Shown piece after piece: positions 45,810 to 59,600 of a DNA stretch of 64,000 nt (positions within the stretch are counted from its first letter, which is position 1; each line of letters starts with the position of its first letter). The notes beneath the pieces were generated by a model. The model was not told the origin of the DNA, did not search any database, and saw nothing but the letters and a program-made list of their open reading frames with translations. The DNA is taken from NCBI GenBank assembly GCA_026023565.1, contig JAPETS010000007.1, positions 744,001 to 808,000 on the forward strand, read 5' to 3'. A program made the translations under genes and the position numbers. Source of the DNA: Cirrosporium novae-zelandiae (taxonomy: Eukaryota).

Positions 45810-47070
45810 ATGGGGTAGAATTTATACCCTGATTTGAATCGCATTCGTCTTTTTATATAATCTCACCAACTAAAGCCGAAGCCTAGTTCATCTTACCCCG
45901 AGGCCCTGTGGTCATCCAGGTGCCCGAAGAGAATTCTGGAGTTAGATCATTCCAATCTGAATCAAGAATCCCTGACTACTACTTATAATTATTGTCCAAG
46001 AATATCGTATTGAGGATTCTTAGTACCATCTTCCCTCAGACTGATGAAGATGTGGATATTGAAGTGGATGAAGTACTAGGAGAAATTCAGGTATCTAAAA
46101 GCAAGCGAACGAACATCCCAGCAGAACTCTGGATTTCAGGACCTGTAATTACTTCAAGTTGGCTCTCATGCTCATCTCAGCAATAAAGAGTCATACGCGA
46201 AGGTAGCCTAGGATGATGCTCTCCATTAACGGAATCTTCTGTTGCGGTCAAGGAGTACGTTATATTTGGGCTTGGCCGTTTCCCCATTCTAAGTCGATGA
46301 AACTCGTTTTTCTTCCCGTCCTTGAGAATTGGTGATTTTTTGTCATAGAGATTTGGTGAATTGGTCTTCAAAGCTGTTAGACGATCTCCTTACTGTTGTT
46401 CTTCATTTGTCAGCAATCCAATATGAATATATTCACCCCAGGTCATGAGTTGGATATGACTCGGTGCAGAAAGAAGTTGGAACTTTTGGAACTGCGGGCC
46501 TCTTGGGTTTCGGCTCAAGGTTAAAGTGTTGAAATGGTTCGGCCACTTTGGGATCAGTGATCACGCCAATTGTACCCGAAAAGAAAGATGCCCAGATATT
46601 TAATCATATCTAGACTCATTCGGACTATGGGAATTTGCAGCTCTGAATGGGGCTCTGAGCTTCTCGGGTGTAGTGTGGACTTGAAAGTAATTGCACCTCC
46701 GTCGAGATTTCTGCTAACAGCTCTAAGATTAAAATATGATAAAGGAGGTGGTGGGCCCAGCGGCAAAGGGCTGGCGCTTCACATATTAACCGTCCAGAGG
46801 TACAGATGCAGCAAGTTAAATGCACAGGTGAGTATGTCTCCGAGGAGGCCTACTATACGTTAGATAGTTTAGTGGTGGAACTAAAGACGCTTACTGGGAC
46901 GGATCCCTCCACGAGCACGATGGTAAGATCTATACGCTTCATCAAGAACACCAATAATGGGAGGGAATAGAATATGGATGGCGTAAAACTTGCTGGCGCT
47001 CAGACAAAGATGACGAATCGAGGGTTCCTGATAGATGGAATGTTGAAGATTCCCAATTGGGGACATGTGT
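45810..47070 (+). pseudogene. Possible heavily decayed gene relic, family unknown
   Basis: Scattered protein-like fragments (for example 45992-46186 and 46570-46863) at coding-like composition, with many stops. Confidence 0.25.
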
Positions 47071-48040
47071 AAGTTGGCAATTCATCATCATCAATATCCC
47101 AATGTGTTGTTCATGGATCTTTTTGTTTTTAATAATCGGAGCTTGTTGTTGAAGGAGGGAGGGCGGAGACTTGGCATGGTGGTCATCCGAATCGACTTTA
47201 CGTTCTCGGCCCCACGCCTATTGAAAGGTTCCGTACCCTCCATCTTCACCAACAAAACCCTACCCAATAATGTCGACTAATAGGGAAATTAGGTCTCAAA
47301 TGATTTGTTCATCATCTTACCTACTGTATGGCTTCAACCTCGGAATGTTTATTAACCCTTGTTTGTCTGTGCTGGTTCCTGCAGATATCAAATCTGGAAT
47401 TCATCCCCGCCACTTTGTGACAATTGTTTGGATATACTCGAGTACAACAGTACGCCCCGGTGATTGATATCGTAAGTAAAGTGGAGCCGTTTCTGGGGAA
47501 AATAGTGTCTGAATAAGGTTACATTCTTGGTTTTTTGTACCCGCTTTTCAATGGATTATCACCATCCCTACATTATTGGATTTTGTAACCGTCGCTTCGA
47601 TTGACGAACCACTTTTCTCCAATTCGTTTTATACTGACCCACTGGCTACTAAAGCCACTAAACAGGATATTTCCCGTACCTAAACCTTGCTGCTTTATTT
47701 CCCCGCATTATCAAGTGCGGAGACCCCGGCTATTGACGACTTCATTTATAATTCCCATATGGGGTTTTATCCATGGGTGCCATGTCATTTCATTTACTTG
47801 TTGTCGGCTCCACCAGAATAATTGGGATGGTCAATGTACCTCCGCTTTTCTTTATACAGCTTTTTCTGGTGTCGAACGCGCGTACAGGAGTTTAAAATGT
47901 TTATAAAAGATAAGTATCTTCTTGTTGAAGGGGATGCGAGATTGACTTCAGCACCAATCTGTCTCTTCATAGGCTTTTTACCTGCTTTGTTTCCGTGGTA
48001 GTCAGAACTTTGTGAAATTTTCTGTCTCAGTCCTTTCAGG

Positions 48041-49578
48041 ATGTTTTCACGACCAGCTCTCCTGCTAGCCTTAGCAGGCCTTGCCACCGCAAGCTTCGAG
48101 ATAACAGACCCCAGCGATACGGTTGGTACTGTGGCGTGGGAATCCGACAATGCCATTCTTGCAGACTATGCGGATGCCACTGTAAGTTTGGATCATGATC
48201 TTATACATAGATTTTCTATGCTTTTCAGTTTGTACTGATAAACGGAAACTAGATCATGTACCAGTACATCACGGTAACCGGACCATACTACTACGATGGA
48301 ACAACAGAAACGATTAGCTATGAAACACTGGAAGCCGACGCTAATGATACGAGCGTCCTTGTTGCCACAGAGGGTGCAGTAGTCAATGTTTCGTACACCG
48401 AGATCATCAAGTACGGCTACTCGTCCGATCTTCTGCAAGCTAGTTTCTTCGGTAAGAAGCTCCTGCACACCACCATCTCCAATTACCCCTGAAACTAACG
48501 ACCCTTTCATCCAACCCTAGGCACCAATGCCGCCGTCAACGTAGCAAACGGCTCTTCCGTCTCCTTGGACAATGTCAACATCACCGTACACAACGGGGCC
48601 GCAAACGTCTACTCCTACGGCTCCGGCAGCTACGTCTACGTCGACGGTGCATTCCTCTACTCTTCAGGCCCCGTCTCCCACGGCCTCTACGCGGGCGGAA
48701 ACGGCACCATCTACGCCACAAACGTCGAGCACTACTCGGGCGGAAACCGCTGCTCCTCCTTTTCTGGAGACAGCCCCGCAGGCTACGTCTACGTCTCCGA
48801 CTCGGTCGCACACACCGACGGTATCGGCAGCGCCATCGCCTACGCTCTTGGAACCGTGGAGCTCACAAACGTCATCGGACATGCCTCCAACGCCCCCGCC
48901 CTTTTCATGGACGCAAACCAAATCGCCTCCTTCACAGACTGCGACCTGACTGCCGGTCTCCTGGGTGGCATCATGATCTTCTCCTCAGCGGACCGCTACT
49001 CCGGCGCCAGCGTCACCTTCACCGACAGCAAACTGACAACCCTCGGCGCCACAATGCCAGCCCTCTGGTTCGGAAACGTCATCGGCACCGTCTCCCTCAC
49101 CAACACGATCCTAAATACCACCTCCGGCATCCTCGCCGTAGCCAACTACTCCCAAGTAACCCAAGACTTCGACTACTACGCCGACTACACCGACAACTCG
49201 GCCCTCCAATCTGCAGCCATGACGGTGGACATCGCATCCAGCGACCTCACCGGCGACCTGGTCGCCTACAACGGCTCCTCCATCGTCTGGAACCTCACCG
49301 ACTACTCCACCTGGACGGGAACCGCCTACTCCGGCTACGGCGACGCCTATTTCGGAATCTCCCTCGATGCCACCAGCACCTGGATCCTTACCGCCGATAC
49401 CACGGTCACAAACCTCACCAGCGCAAACGGCACGTACAATATCGAGAGTAACGGGTTTAATGTGTATTATACGGATTATGGAAATTCTACTAAGCGCGGG
49501 TTGGAGGTGCGCACGGTGCCGCTTAAGGGAGGTGGGAAGCTGATGCCGAAGTATTTGGCTAAGGAGTTTAGGGCTTAG
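48041..49578 (+). CDS. Secreted right-handed beta-helix (pectin-lyase/pertactin-like fold) protein, 3 exons, 465 aa
   Basis: Signal peptide MFSRPALLLALAGLATA. Introns 48182-48252 and 48452-48520 give a 1398-nt frame. The sequence is G/S/T/N/V-rich with alternating beta-strand repeats and strong C-ending codon bias. Confidence 0.85.
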
Positions 49579-52500
49579 GGTTTTGGTTGAGTGGAGGGTG
49601 TGGAAGGAGGAAAAGGGGGTGAAGGGCGGTCGGTGGTGAGGAAGTAGGTTGTCGCTGTTGGTGTATATGAAAATGGGGAACGGGGAATAGCAAAAGGAAG
49701 GTGAATGTGAATGTGGACGCGAATAATGTATGCGCATATATATATATATGTGTATGTGTGTGTGGTCTTTAATCCAATCCAACTTCTATCATCTTGGACC
49801 CACAAGCAAAACAAGCAGGCAGGAAGGCCAAACAAGTCGATAATAATGACATTTACCATTCCCTCCTCCCACCGCACCCCACTGGCATGTTAAAGTTATC
49901 TACCTAATCATGGTTTTGAGTTAATTTGCAGCCTGAGCCCTATAATCAAACCAACGACTCCTCAATCGATCAACACCCCCGCCAAATTTTCTAAACATTT
50001 ACCTCCCAAACCCCCGAACCTATTATCCTATACCCTCCCATCTTCATCTTCATCTTCACATATCCTCCTTCTTACAGTATCCTCCCTTCCTATCCCCTCT
50101 TTTAGTTCTTCCCCCCCTCTCCGAAATGCATGCCCCCCACTCATTCCCAATAAATTTAACCACTTCTTTTTGTTTTGAACATAAATAAGTTAATAGAGAA
50201 AAAAACTCAAGGATTTGTTAATTTTTTTTTTGTTGGTTTTGGTTGTTGGGAAGGGGATGGATTGGGGGTTGGGATTGGGATTTTGAGATTTGAGATATAG
50301 AGGAAGAGGAGAGAAGAGATGAGATGGGATGGGATTGGGAATTAGGTTGGAATCGGGGTTGTGCATACCCACCTATCCATCCATCCATCTATCCATATAT
50401 TCATTCAAATACTCACAACCCCCAAAAAACCCATCAAGAAAGAAACCAGAAATATGTATTATATTTCATTGTATTTTTATTTTTATTTTTATTGATTTTC
50501 TTGAGGAGTGGTGGTGGTGATGGTTGTATGTATGTATGTATGGGTTAGATTATATTTTCGTTATTAGAATAGAAAGCCAGCCAGAAGAAGTACTCAAACA
50601 AACAGAGAAACAGAAAGAGAAAAAAAAAGAATTAACTGATGAACTAACCAAGAACAGAACTTTCTTTTTTCTTTCCTTCCTTCTTTCTCATGACTGGACT
50701 TGACTGGGAAAGAAGAGGAAGAATGAGAAGGGAAAGGAGAGGATGGTTTGGTAGTTTGTATGGTGAATGGTGAATGGGCTTTGATGTATAAGAGGGGGGA
50801 GGAAGGGGGTTGACTTTTTAGTAACTTTTAGTAGCTGTGAGATCTATCCATACGGTCGGTCTCGTTGATAAGAGTCTTTTTCCTATACCGTATTGTACCT
50901 TCTTTACCAGAAAACCAGAACCAGAATCTCAACCCCATCTTTAACCTACCTTAGCTACTTACTACTAGAGGCTGATTATCTAAAACTATACATAACCATG
51001 CTTTACCTTCAGATATATGAAATTCATTATACCAACCTATCTCTAATAATAAATAATGAATACTGAATAATTCGGAGCACAAACAATAAAATCAATCTAT
51101 AAATCCAGCTTTGGGGTTTAAGATATACCTACGGATACATATCTATGATAGGGATAGTCATAGTTTTTTGGGGGGATCTGGAATCTGGAATCTTGCGAGA
51201 AGGGGATGAGAGAGGGGGGGAGGGTTAGTAATACAACGTACCCAGTTGGTGTCTGGCTTGGTGTCTAGGGGCAAGGGTGGGATGGAATGGAGTTCTGGGA
51301 TGTGGGATGAGGATGGGTTCATCTACTACTATGGTAGATATGTACTGGAGATCTGGGGGCTAAGAAGCGAGGTGGGTGTTGCTCTTTCTGGAGGGATAAA
51401 AGAGATAAAAAAGAAGATGGTGGGAATCATTGGATAATCTTTAGAAGGAGTACGGATAAGAGGGAAGAGGGGTGAGTGGGGTTGTAAGGAAGATGTTAAT
51501 GTATCGGTAGTTAGTCGTTAGCCGTTAGTTCTTCATCATTAGCGTCAGGATTCATGCATGCAGGTGTTCGGTCGGGTATTGTATTGCATTGCATTGCAGT
51601 AGAGCTTGAGAGCCCCTAGAACCCTGGGAAAGTGAGGGATGTACTTGAGTGCGCTATGTATGTTATGGAGGTGGGGGGGAAGGCTGTCGGATGTCATAAA
51701 TATCAGGTTGGGTTCGATTCCCAATCACTAACGCTCTTAGGTCACACTGGTATCAGTGTTCTTCTAAGGCCATCTAACAATAGTACGCTAAGGTTTTCGC
51801 TTTTTTTTTAATATTTGGTGGTAGTTGTGATGTTCTTTAGTTTATATATGAGATTTTTGGGGGGGTGGTGAACTGCTGGTTATATTTTTGAGGAGGGGAG
51901 TTGTCTAGTCGTGATTGTTGGGTGGGTATATGGATATTGGGGAGGGATTGTCTAATGCGTTGGTAGCTGCCTAGGATAACCTCCTGGTATGGGTTCTGTG
52001 GAAATTATAAGGAGGAAAAAAATAGCTTGTCGTCATGTAAAACCTTGGGATGGAACGTGGGGTGCTGTCATTACGAGTTGGTATCGAAAAGCAATGAGTT
52101 GGGTCTCACATCATACGTTCCGCTTTGATAGTATATCACCATAGATATTAATTTAGAGACGTTAATGCCTATCAAGTGCCGTTTCTGCAAATCCCACAGC
52201 CCGACTGAAAAATACCGAGGTTTTATTTTCCAGGTATATTCGCGACCTGGCCTACGATACCGTAATTATGGCCTAAGTCGAGATGGATGGAAATTAGGGT
52301 GAAGCGAAACAAAACACAGCATCAAGAAGCGAGAGAAGAGCCCGTGGAGTGTTAAGAAATGGGCGGGATATAGCTTGAAGCTGAGAACGAGTCCCCTTAT
52401 ACAACTATCGACGGCCGCCGAGGATATCGAGTGCCTCAAGGCTCAGCCCACAGGTGCCATCAAATGCCTATCAACTTGTAGTAGCTAGCCCAAAGGGTAG

Positions 52501-53880
52501 GCCAGAAAATGGAACCGAATGATTCACTCAGCTCATGGTCCTATTTAACTGTCATCTCAAGTTACGATGCAAGCACTGCTAGCTCCGACGCCGAAAATTA
52601 ACGCTCGGGTGAAGGACAGCGGCGGCTTTTCTGTCTTCTTCATGAGATTATAGGGCTGCTAGGCATCGCATTCTAGCTGGTTTTCTGCATAATAGTTGTA
52701 TAGATGATCATACATGCAAAGCCAGTGCCCATGGGTCTCTTATTCTTGTTCGCATTCTTCTGTGTTTCTGTTCCACTTGTGGCATGGATTACTACTTACC
52801 TCCAGCGTCAGCAGATTATGAATCAATAGGAAGGAGGTTTTGTACCGAGATGGCTGAGCAATGGCTCCGAGCTTGACTTTGGGCTTGCATTTTGCCTCAG
52901 GTATAAATGTTGTATAGCCATGTAGCACTGCCCGTAATTATAGACTTGGCAGATATCGAGATGGAAAAGATATGAAAGGCAGTAACAAGTTTCCGCGTTT
53001 TATGCAATATGCAGAGCTTCTTAACATTTTGATTTGTGCATATTCGATTGAGTTTCCCCGATGATCAATTGATTCCACAGTAATGAGTTCGTATTCGGAA
53101 CCAGCTAATAAGTGGCATCATCATAAATTCAGGTATCAGGTGATGTTGTACAAGTCGGTGACTGTTTTCCTTTTTGGTTAATGTGATATTGTCTTTCTCT
53201 AGAAATATTTTCTAGACATCATGAATTAATAGGTCAAATAAATCTTCAGCAGATTGATGAGGCATGATAGGGGCCGCTAAGTAGTAAATATTGCGATTGA
53301 TGGTGGTTGGTGGTCAAAAGCTTGGCGGAAATTCATGCCTGGTTTGGTTCTAGGTGTCGAGCCTACGGTGTCTAATTTATTTGCTCTCTGGTTGCTCTGT
53401 TTGCTTTGTTTGCCCGCCCACCCCTAACTCCTCTAATGCTCCTCCAATAGCCAAATAGGACTAATCTAGAGATTGTTACAGATCCAAGCCGTTACCGTCG
53501 CCGATTACTTTTACTTTTTCCCTATCGACCTTCGTGCATTGTCACATCCGTCTTGTGTACACATATTCAGCATCTTCGTGATCTAACCTCCCTCTTGCAC
53601 CATCTCAAACTTCCCACCGCAACTTATCGCTTCGTACCCATACCTACCATTTCCACGAACCCCGGCAATGAAGATCATCTCTCAACCTCCTCCATCCCTT
53701 TCCGTCCTTTAAACATATTCTGCCAAGTAAGAATGATACTGCAACTGGATTGAACAATTCGCACTTATAGGTAGATGTCATATCGGAACACTGCCACCAC
53801 TCTCATTTAGCTTTTCTTTTTACCTTCATCTGGACTGGAGCGATCATCCCAACCGCCTCCTCTCAAATACCTTTAATATT

Positions 53881-55789
53881 ATGACATCCATCCTCGCCAA
53901 CTCACCACCTCCAATGGCCCTCTTCAGATATATCATTGTTGCGGTCACATTGTGTGCAACTGTATTTTGGTTCCGCAGCTTATCCTTCTCCGACATAGGG
54001 AGCCAGGAGATTCCCTCTCATTCCTCCGATCCACCCCAATCAGCCATCGATGCAGCCAACAGTCTTCACCCAATCGATGTTCTAATCAAAGCCGCCGAGG
54101 AGGAGTTTAGCAAACTACGATCTCAAGAAACAAATGATGTCAACGCTGCTGCTGAAGCCTACAGAAAACGAAGAGGTAGACACCCTCCACCGGGCTTTGA
54201 TGCCTGGTTCAATTTCGCAAAGGAAAAGAATGCCGTCATCGTTGAAGACTTTTGGGACCCAATCTACCATGATCTCGGACCCTTTTGGGGATTGCCCCCG
54301 AAACAGATCCGAAAGGAAGCCAAGGACTTTGAGATGATACTGAGTATTCGTAACGGAGAAGTACAACCAGCTAGTGAATGGTTTTGGACACAAATATGGA
54401 AAGATTTGATCGGTACAGTTGCGGAATGGCTGCCGGATATGGATCTTGCGTTGAACGCAATGGATGAGCCGAGATTAGTCGTTCCTTGGGAACAAATCAA
54501 CGAATATATAAGAAAAGGGGAAAGTACAAGGAAGGTTATCCCCAAGGACCAAGTGATTTCGAGGTTTTCTGGTCTGGAAGGTGATGAAAAAGATGCGCCG
54601 CCTACAACAGACAAGGAATGGGAGAGTACAAGTAAGTGCTGTTGGAAATTTTCTTTTCAACTTGCTAACAATATCAGGGCCTTTTTGGGAGATTGCTCGA
54701 CGTGGTTGTCCTCCGAACAGCTTAGCTCGTAAGGCAGGCATCATGCAAGACTTTACCCATAGACCTCCAATATCTATGGAACTCAGTGCACCACATTCCT
54801 ACCGAGGTTATGTCTCAAACTTTACTCTTTTGACGGATATTTGTCACCAACCAGACCTCCAAACGCTCCACGGTGCTTTGATCTACCCTCTTACCGTCGT
54901 GTCCACCAAGAAGCTCTTCCCCATGTTCGGTGGTTCGAAGTTCGGTATCAATAATGAGATCCTACTTCCCGCGCCGATGTACTGGTCTGATGATGAACGC
55001 TTCTCCACCGGTGATGAATATGGCTCTTCCTGGTCCCGGAAAAACAATGGCATCATCTGGCGCGGTGTCGCAACAGGAGGAAACAACACTAAAGATAACT
55101 GGCGCGGCTTCCAACGTCATCGCTTCATATCCATGACCAATGGAACTAAAGTCCGTCGTGCTGAGTTGTGGGAAGAAGCACCGGAGAACTTTGCTCTCCC
55201 AGAAGCTTCCTATGATCTCATGGGCAAAAAACATAATCACCTTGGTGACTGGCTTGATTCCTTCTCAGATGTCTCCTTTGTTGATCTATTCTGTCATGGG
55301 GTTGAAGCTCGAGATGGCTGTAACCACACGGAGCATTACTTCTCTACTAGTCCCGGCATACCAATGGCTACGCAGTTCAAAACCAAATATCTTCCCGATA
55401 TTGACGGTAACAGCTTCAGTGGTCGCTATAGGAGTTTCCTTTTGTCTACTAGCTTGCCTATCAAGTCGACACTCTTCCGTGAATGGCATGATACCAGATT
55501 GATTCCTTGGGTTCATTTTGTTCCCATGGACAATCGTTATGGTGACTTTTATGGAATTATGGAATATTTCTTAGGCTATAAAGGCTTCGATCATCTTGAT
55601 ACCAAGCAAGGATTGGTGAGTGAAGGACATGATGCTACGGCGGAGAAAATCGCCATGCAAGGACACGAATGGGCCAGCAAAGTTTTGAGAAAAGAAGATA
55701 TGCAAGTTTACGTTCTGAGATTATTGCTGGAATATGCAAGAGTTAGTGATGACCAGAGAGATAGGCTTGGATGGGTTGGGGATTTATAA
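53881..55789 (+). CDS. Glycosyltransferase family 90 (CAP10/Cxt1-like beta-1,2-xylosyltransferase), type II membrane, 2 exons
   Basis: N-terminal TM anchor, YRKRRGRHPPPGFDAWF, LPDMDLALNAMDEPR, intron 54632-54677, WRGVATGG, KYLPDIDGNSFSGRY, EWHDTRLIPWVHFVP and RLLLEYARV. Confidence 0.93.
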
Positions 55790-56606
55790 CAAGCCACTTT
55801 GTATTTGTTTGTGATTTGGCGATTCTGGTTGTGTGCATGGATTGAGAGTTATGTTTAGTTTATTTCCCTCCGGACCTGGTGTTCATGGCTGTTGGTGGGC
55901 TCTGGGAAGCTCAAAAGATCAGATTCTTTGGAAAGGCGTTGCACATGACGGTGGCGAATCAGCTCTGTCCTGGTTGGCGGTAGAATTATTTTGTAGCACA
56001 AAAGCGTTGACATGGTATAACTTGACAACTCAGCGTTTGAAAAGATATGAAAATTCATTTTTATTAAAGCCCAATGGATGGATGAGCTGGCATGTTTTGG
56101 CAACGACACTAGATGCTGTTAGATTGAATCTGGATTTATATTAATTAATCAATGCATTCTGCAGAAACCAGTTGCTATGGTAGTACAAGCAAAAGATAGA
56201 ATAAGCGCGACGTCACCGAAATAATTACTGTGGTCATCAACAAACCAGAACCCCTCGAAACCTCAAACAATAAACCCTTGGCCTTGCAACTAGAACTCTT
56301 GATCTCGATCCTGATCTTGACCTTTGATCGCCACGAGGCTCGTGTTCTCAACGTTATCAGAATTCTTATTCTTTCCCTTTCCCTAGCTCAAGATATTTCA
56401 ATTAGTCTAACTCAGGGACCCCTCGAACCTTTTGTTTCCCTTTGTTTCCCTTTTGTTTTGATCCCCCCCCCGATGATTTAGCATGCAACAACGGCGAAAA
56501 ACTTCCAAGTCGTTGCCGAACGGAGCATCCCCAATCGACGAATGACCGGATCCGTGGACCAATAGTTTGATAATTTCAGCATAGCTGGCTATCGAACGCT
56601 GCAAGC

Positions 56607-59600
56607 ATGGATCCAGCAGTTCAGCGATTGTTGAATGACAAGTTATATGAAAAGAGAAAGGCTGGAGCTCTTGAGTAAGCGCTCTCGATTGTTTGGAATG
56701 TTGACGATCTGGTACAATTTCCGCTAATAAATTCCAAAGCCTAGAAAAGATCGTTCGAGATGCCGTCGCTACTGCTGACCACGAAAGGATCAAGAAGATT
56801 GTTCACCAGCTTTGTCATGACTTTGCATACGCCGTTCATCAACCACATGCACGAAACGGCGGTCTGATCGGTCTGGCAGCTGCATCCATTGCTCTAGGAT
56901 CCGTGCGTTAATACTTCCAAGGCCGATTGAAGGACAATACTGAACCAGTCTCTGCTCTAGGACGAAGTTGCCCAATATCTCGAAGAAATCGTCCCTCCCG
57001 TTCTAGCCTGCTTCACCGATCAAGATGCCCGAGTCCGTTACTATGCTTGCGAAAGCATGTACAACATTGCCAAGGTTGCAAAGGGGGAAATACTGCTCTT
57101 CTTCAATGATGTTTTTGACGCCCTCAGCAAGGTCTGGGAGACCCTATTCCCCCCTGAAGATTTCAAGCTGACGAATGTTCAGCTTGCAGCCGATGGCGAA
57201 TTGTCTGTCAAGAACGGCGCCGAGCTCCTGGATCGACTGATCAAAGACATTGTCTCTGAATCTGCAGCTACTTATGTCTCCATGCTTGAAAGCCCCTTTG
57301 ATGACAAAAATGATTCCGATTCCCGATCCGATTCTAGACTCTCTGTGGAACTCCCGACGGCCTTCTCCCTTGCTAAATTCATACCTTTATTACAAGAACG
57401 AATCCACGTTATCAATCCTCATACTCGCATGTTCCTGGTATCATGGCTTACTATACTCGACACCATTCCAGATCTTGAGCTTGTGTCCTACCTTCCCTCA
57501 TTCCTCAGCGGTCTCTTCAAGTTCGTGAGCGATCCCCACGACGATGTTAAAATTGCTACCAATGGCGTCCTTGACCGGTTTCTCCATGAGATAAAAAAGA
57601 TTGCTCGTATAAAACGGGGGTTGGAGGAGCGACGAAAGAGTCAAGCTGGTTCACTGATAAAGAAGTCGCTGCTCGATGATGGTGCAAGCATACAAACCGA
57701 TCAAAGTGGTCCTAATGAAAAACAAGATTTCGCAATTACCGACTCGGACTCGGCAGATGGGAATGATGAGAGAGCTCTTAATGTGGCTGGAGACTGGATT
57801 CCAGGACAAGATGTTCAAGTTGAGCATGCTAAGATCTTAGATATTCTTATGACGTTCCTTGATCCTTCCTCTGGTAGAACTTCCCAAGCACACAATTTAC
57901 GTCACACGGCTAATATGTCTGCAGAACAAGAAATCCAAGTCACTGCCCTCCGGTGGATTGATAGCTTTTTTGAAATATGCCCTGAAGATATTCTCACCTT
58001 CGTACCTCGATTACTCGCCCAAGTTCTTCCTGCGATGGCGAGTGATGTTGAGATTGTAAGACAAGAGGCTAATCGGGTCAACACCTCATTGATGGAATAC
58101 ATTGTTTCACTTTCAGAAGAAGTTGCGACCGAGGAAGTTCGCGAGGTTCGCGAAGAACCACGGAGTGGTCCTCCAACTAGAACACCAACAATTTCTCTCA
58201 GAGATTCCTTAAAAGAATCAACTACTAAGGAACCAAGATCGTCAACACCCACAGCAAGAGCAACGCCTGTACCCCCAGATCAACTGGACCCTGAGTCCAA
58301 GAAGCCTTCAGAAGTGACTTCTCCCCAACCATCCGCTGATGTCAATACCACTACACCGAAACCAAAAGCTGAACTAGACTATGCCGCTGCAGTTGGTGCT
58401 CTAACATTTCAATTCTTGAATGAGCACGAAGCAACAAGAGTTGCTGCGCTGTCGTGGCTCATAATGCTTCATAGAAAAGCACCTCGGAAGGTGTTGGCTA
58501 CGAATGACGGGACTTTCCCTGCCTTATTGAAAACTTTATCGGATTCTTCAGAGACTGTTGTGACAAGGGACCTGCAGTTATTGTCTCAGATCTCGAGAAA
58601 TAGCGAAGATAGCTACTTTGCTTCCTTCATGGTCAACTTACTTCAGCTATTCTCTACGGATCGGAAATTACTAGAGACGAGAGGTAATCTAATTATCAGA
58701 CAATTGTGCACCAATCTAAGTGCCGAACGGATATATCGAACTCTTGCTGATTGTTTGGAGAAAGATGAGGTATGGGATTGACTATTGGATTAAGAATTAT
58801 GCTAATGAGCTGTAGGACCTTGAATTTGCCAGTATCATGGTTCAGAATTTAAACAATAATCTCATCACGGCCCCAGAGCTGGTTGACTTGCGAAAACGGC
58901 TAAGGAATTTAGATTCAAGAGTATGCATCCCAACTGAATTTCTGGTCAAACCAAACTAATAGCTCCAGGATGGCCAAACATTCTTTGTAACTCTCTACAG
59001 GTCCTGGTGCTACAATGCAGTGGCGACATTCTCATTATGCCTGCTCGCGCAAGCATACGAACAAGCATATAATTTACTTCAAGTTTTGTAAGCTTCACTT
59101 TCATGTCACTGATACCGTTCGCTAATGGAGTTATTGACAGCGCTGAGCTGGAGATGACTGTGAATATGCTTATCCAAATCGACAAACTAGTCCAATTGCT
59201 TGAATCCCCCGTCTTCACCTGTGAGTATCAATTATTACAGAACACAATTCGAAATTATCGAGACTAATAACCAAAGACCTCCGCCTACAACTTCTAGAGC
59301 CAGAACGATATCCTCACTTATACAAGTGCCTCTACGGCCTCTTAATGCTCCTCCCACAATCATCTGCCTTTGCGGCTCTGAAGAACCGGCTTAATTCCGT
59401 CTCCGCAATCGGATACCTTCACTCACATCCATACTCACGACTCACGTAAGTACTCCTCTTCGCTTACCGTTCAATTCTTCATCTTCTCCAGCCTTCATTC
59501 TACCCCTCAAAATCAAACTAACGAGTTGGGAACCTCGGATTCCAGAACGACCCCATCATCTGCCTCCACATCCTCTACTTATGATCGCCCAAATCGTCTT

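Noticed and set aside
49600..51500. Numerous short ORFs in the low-complexity tract
   Set aside because: They derive from simple repeats and homopolymers, with no codon structure or motifs.
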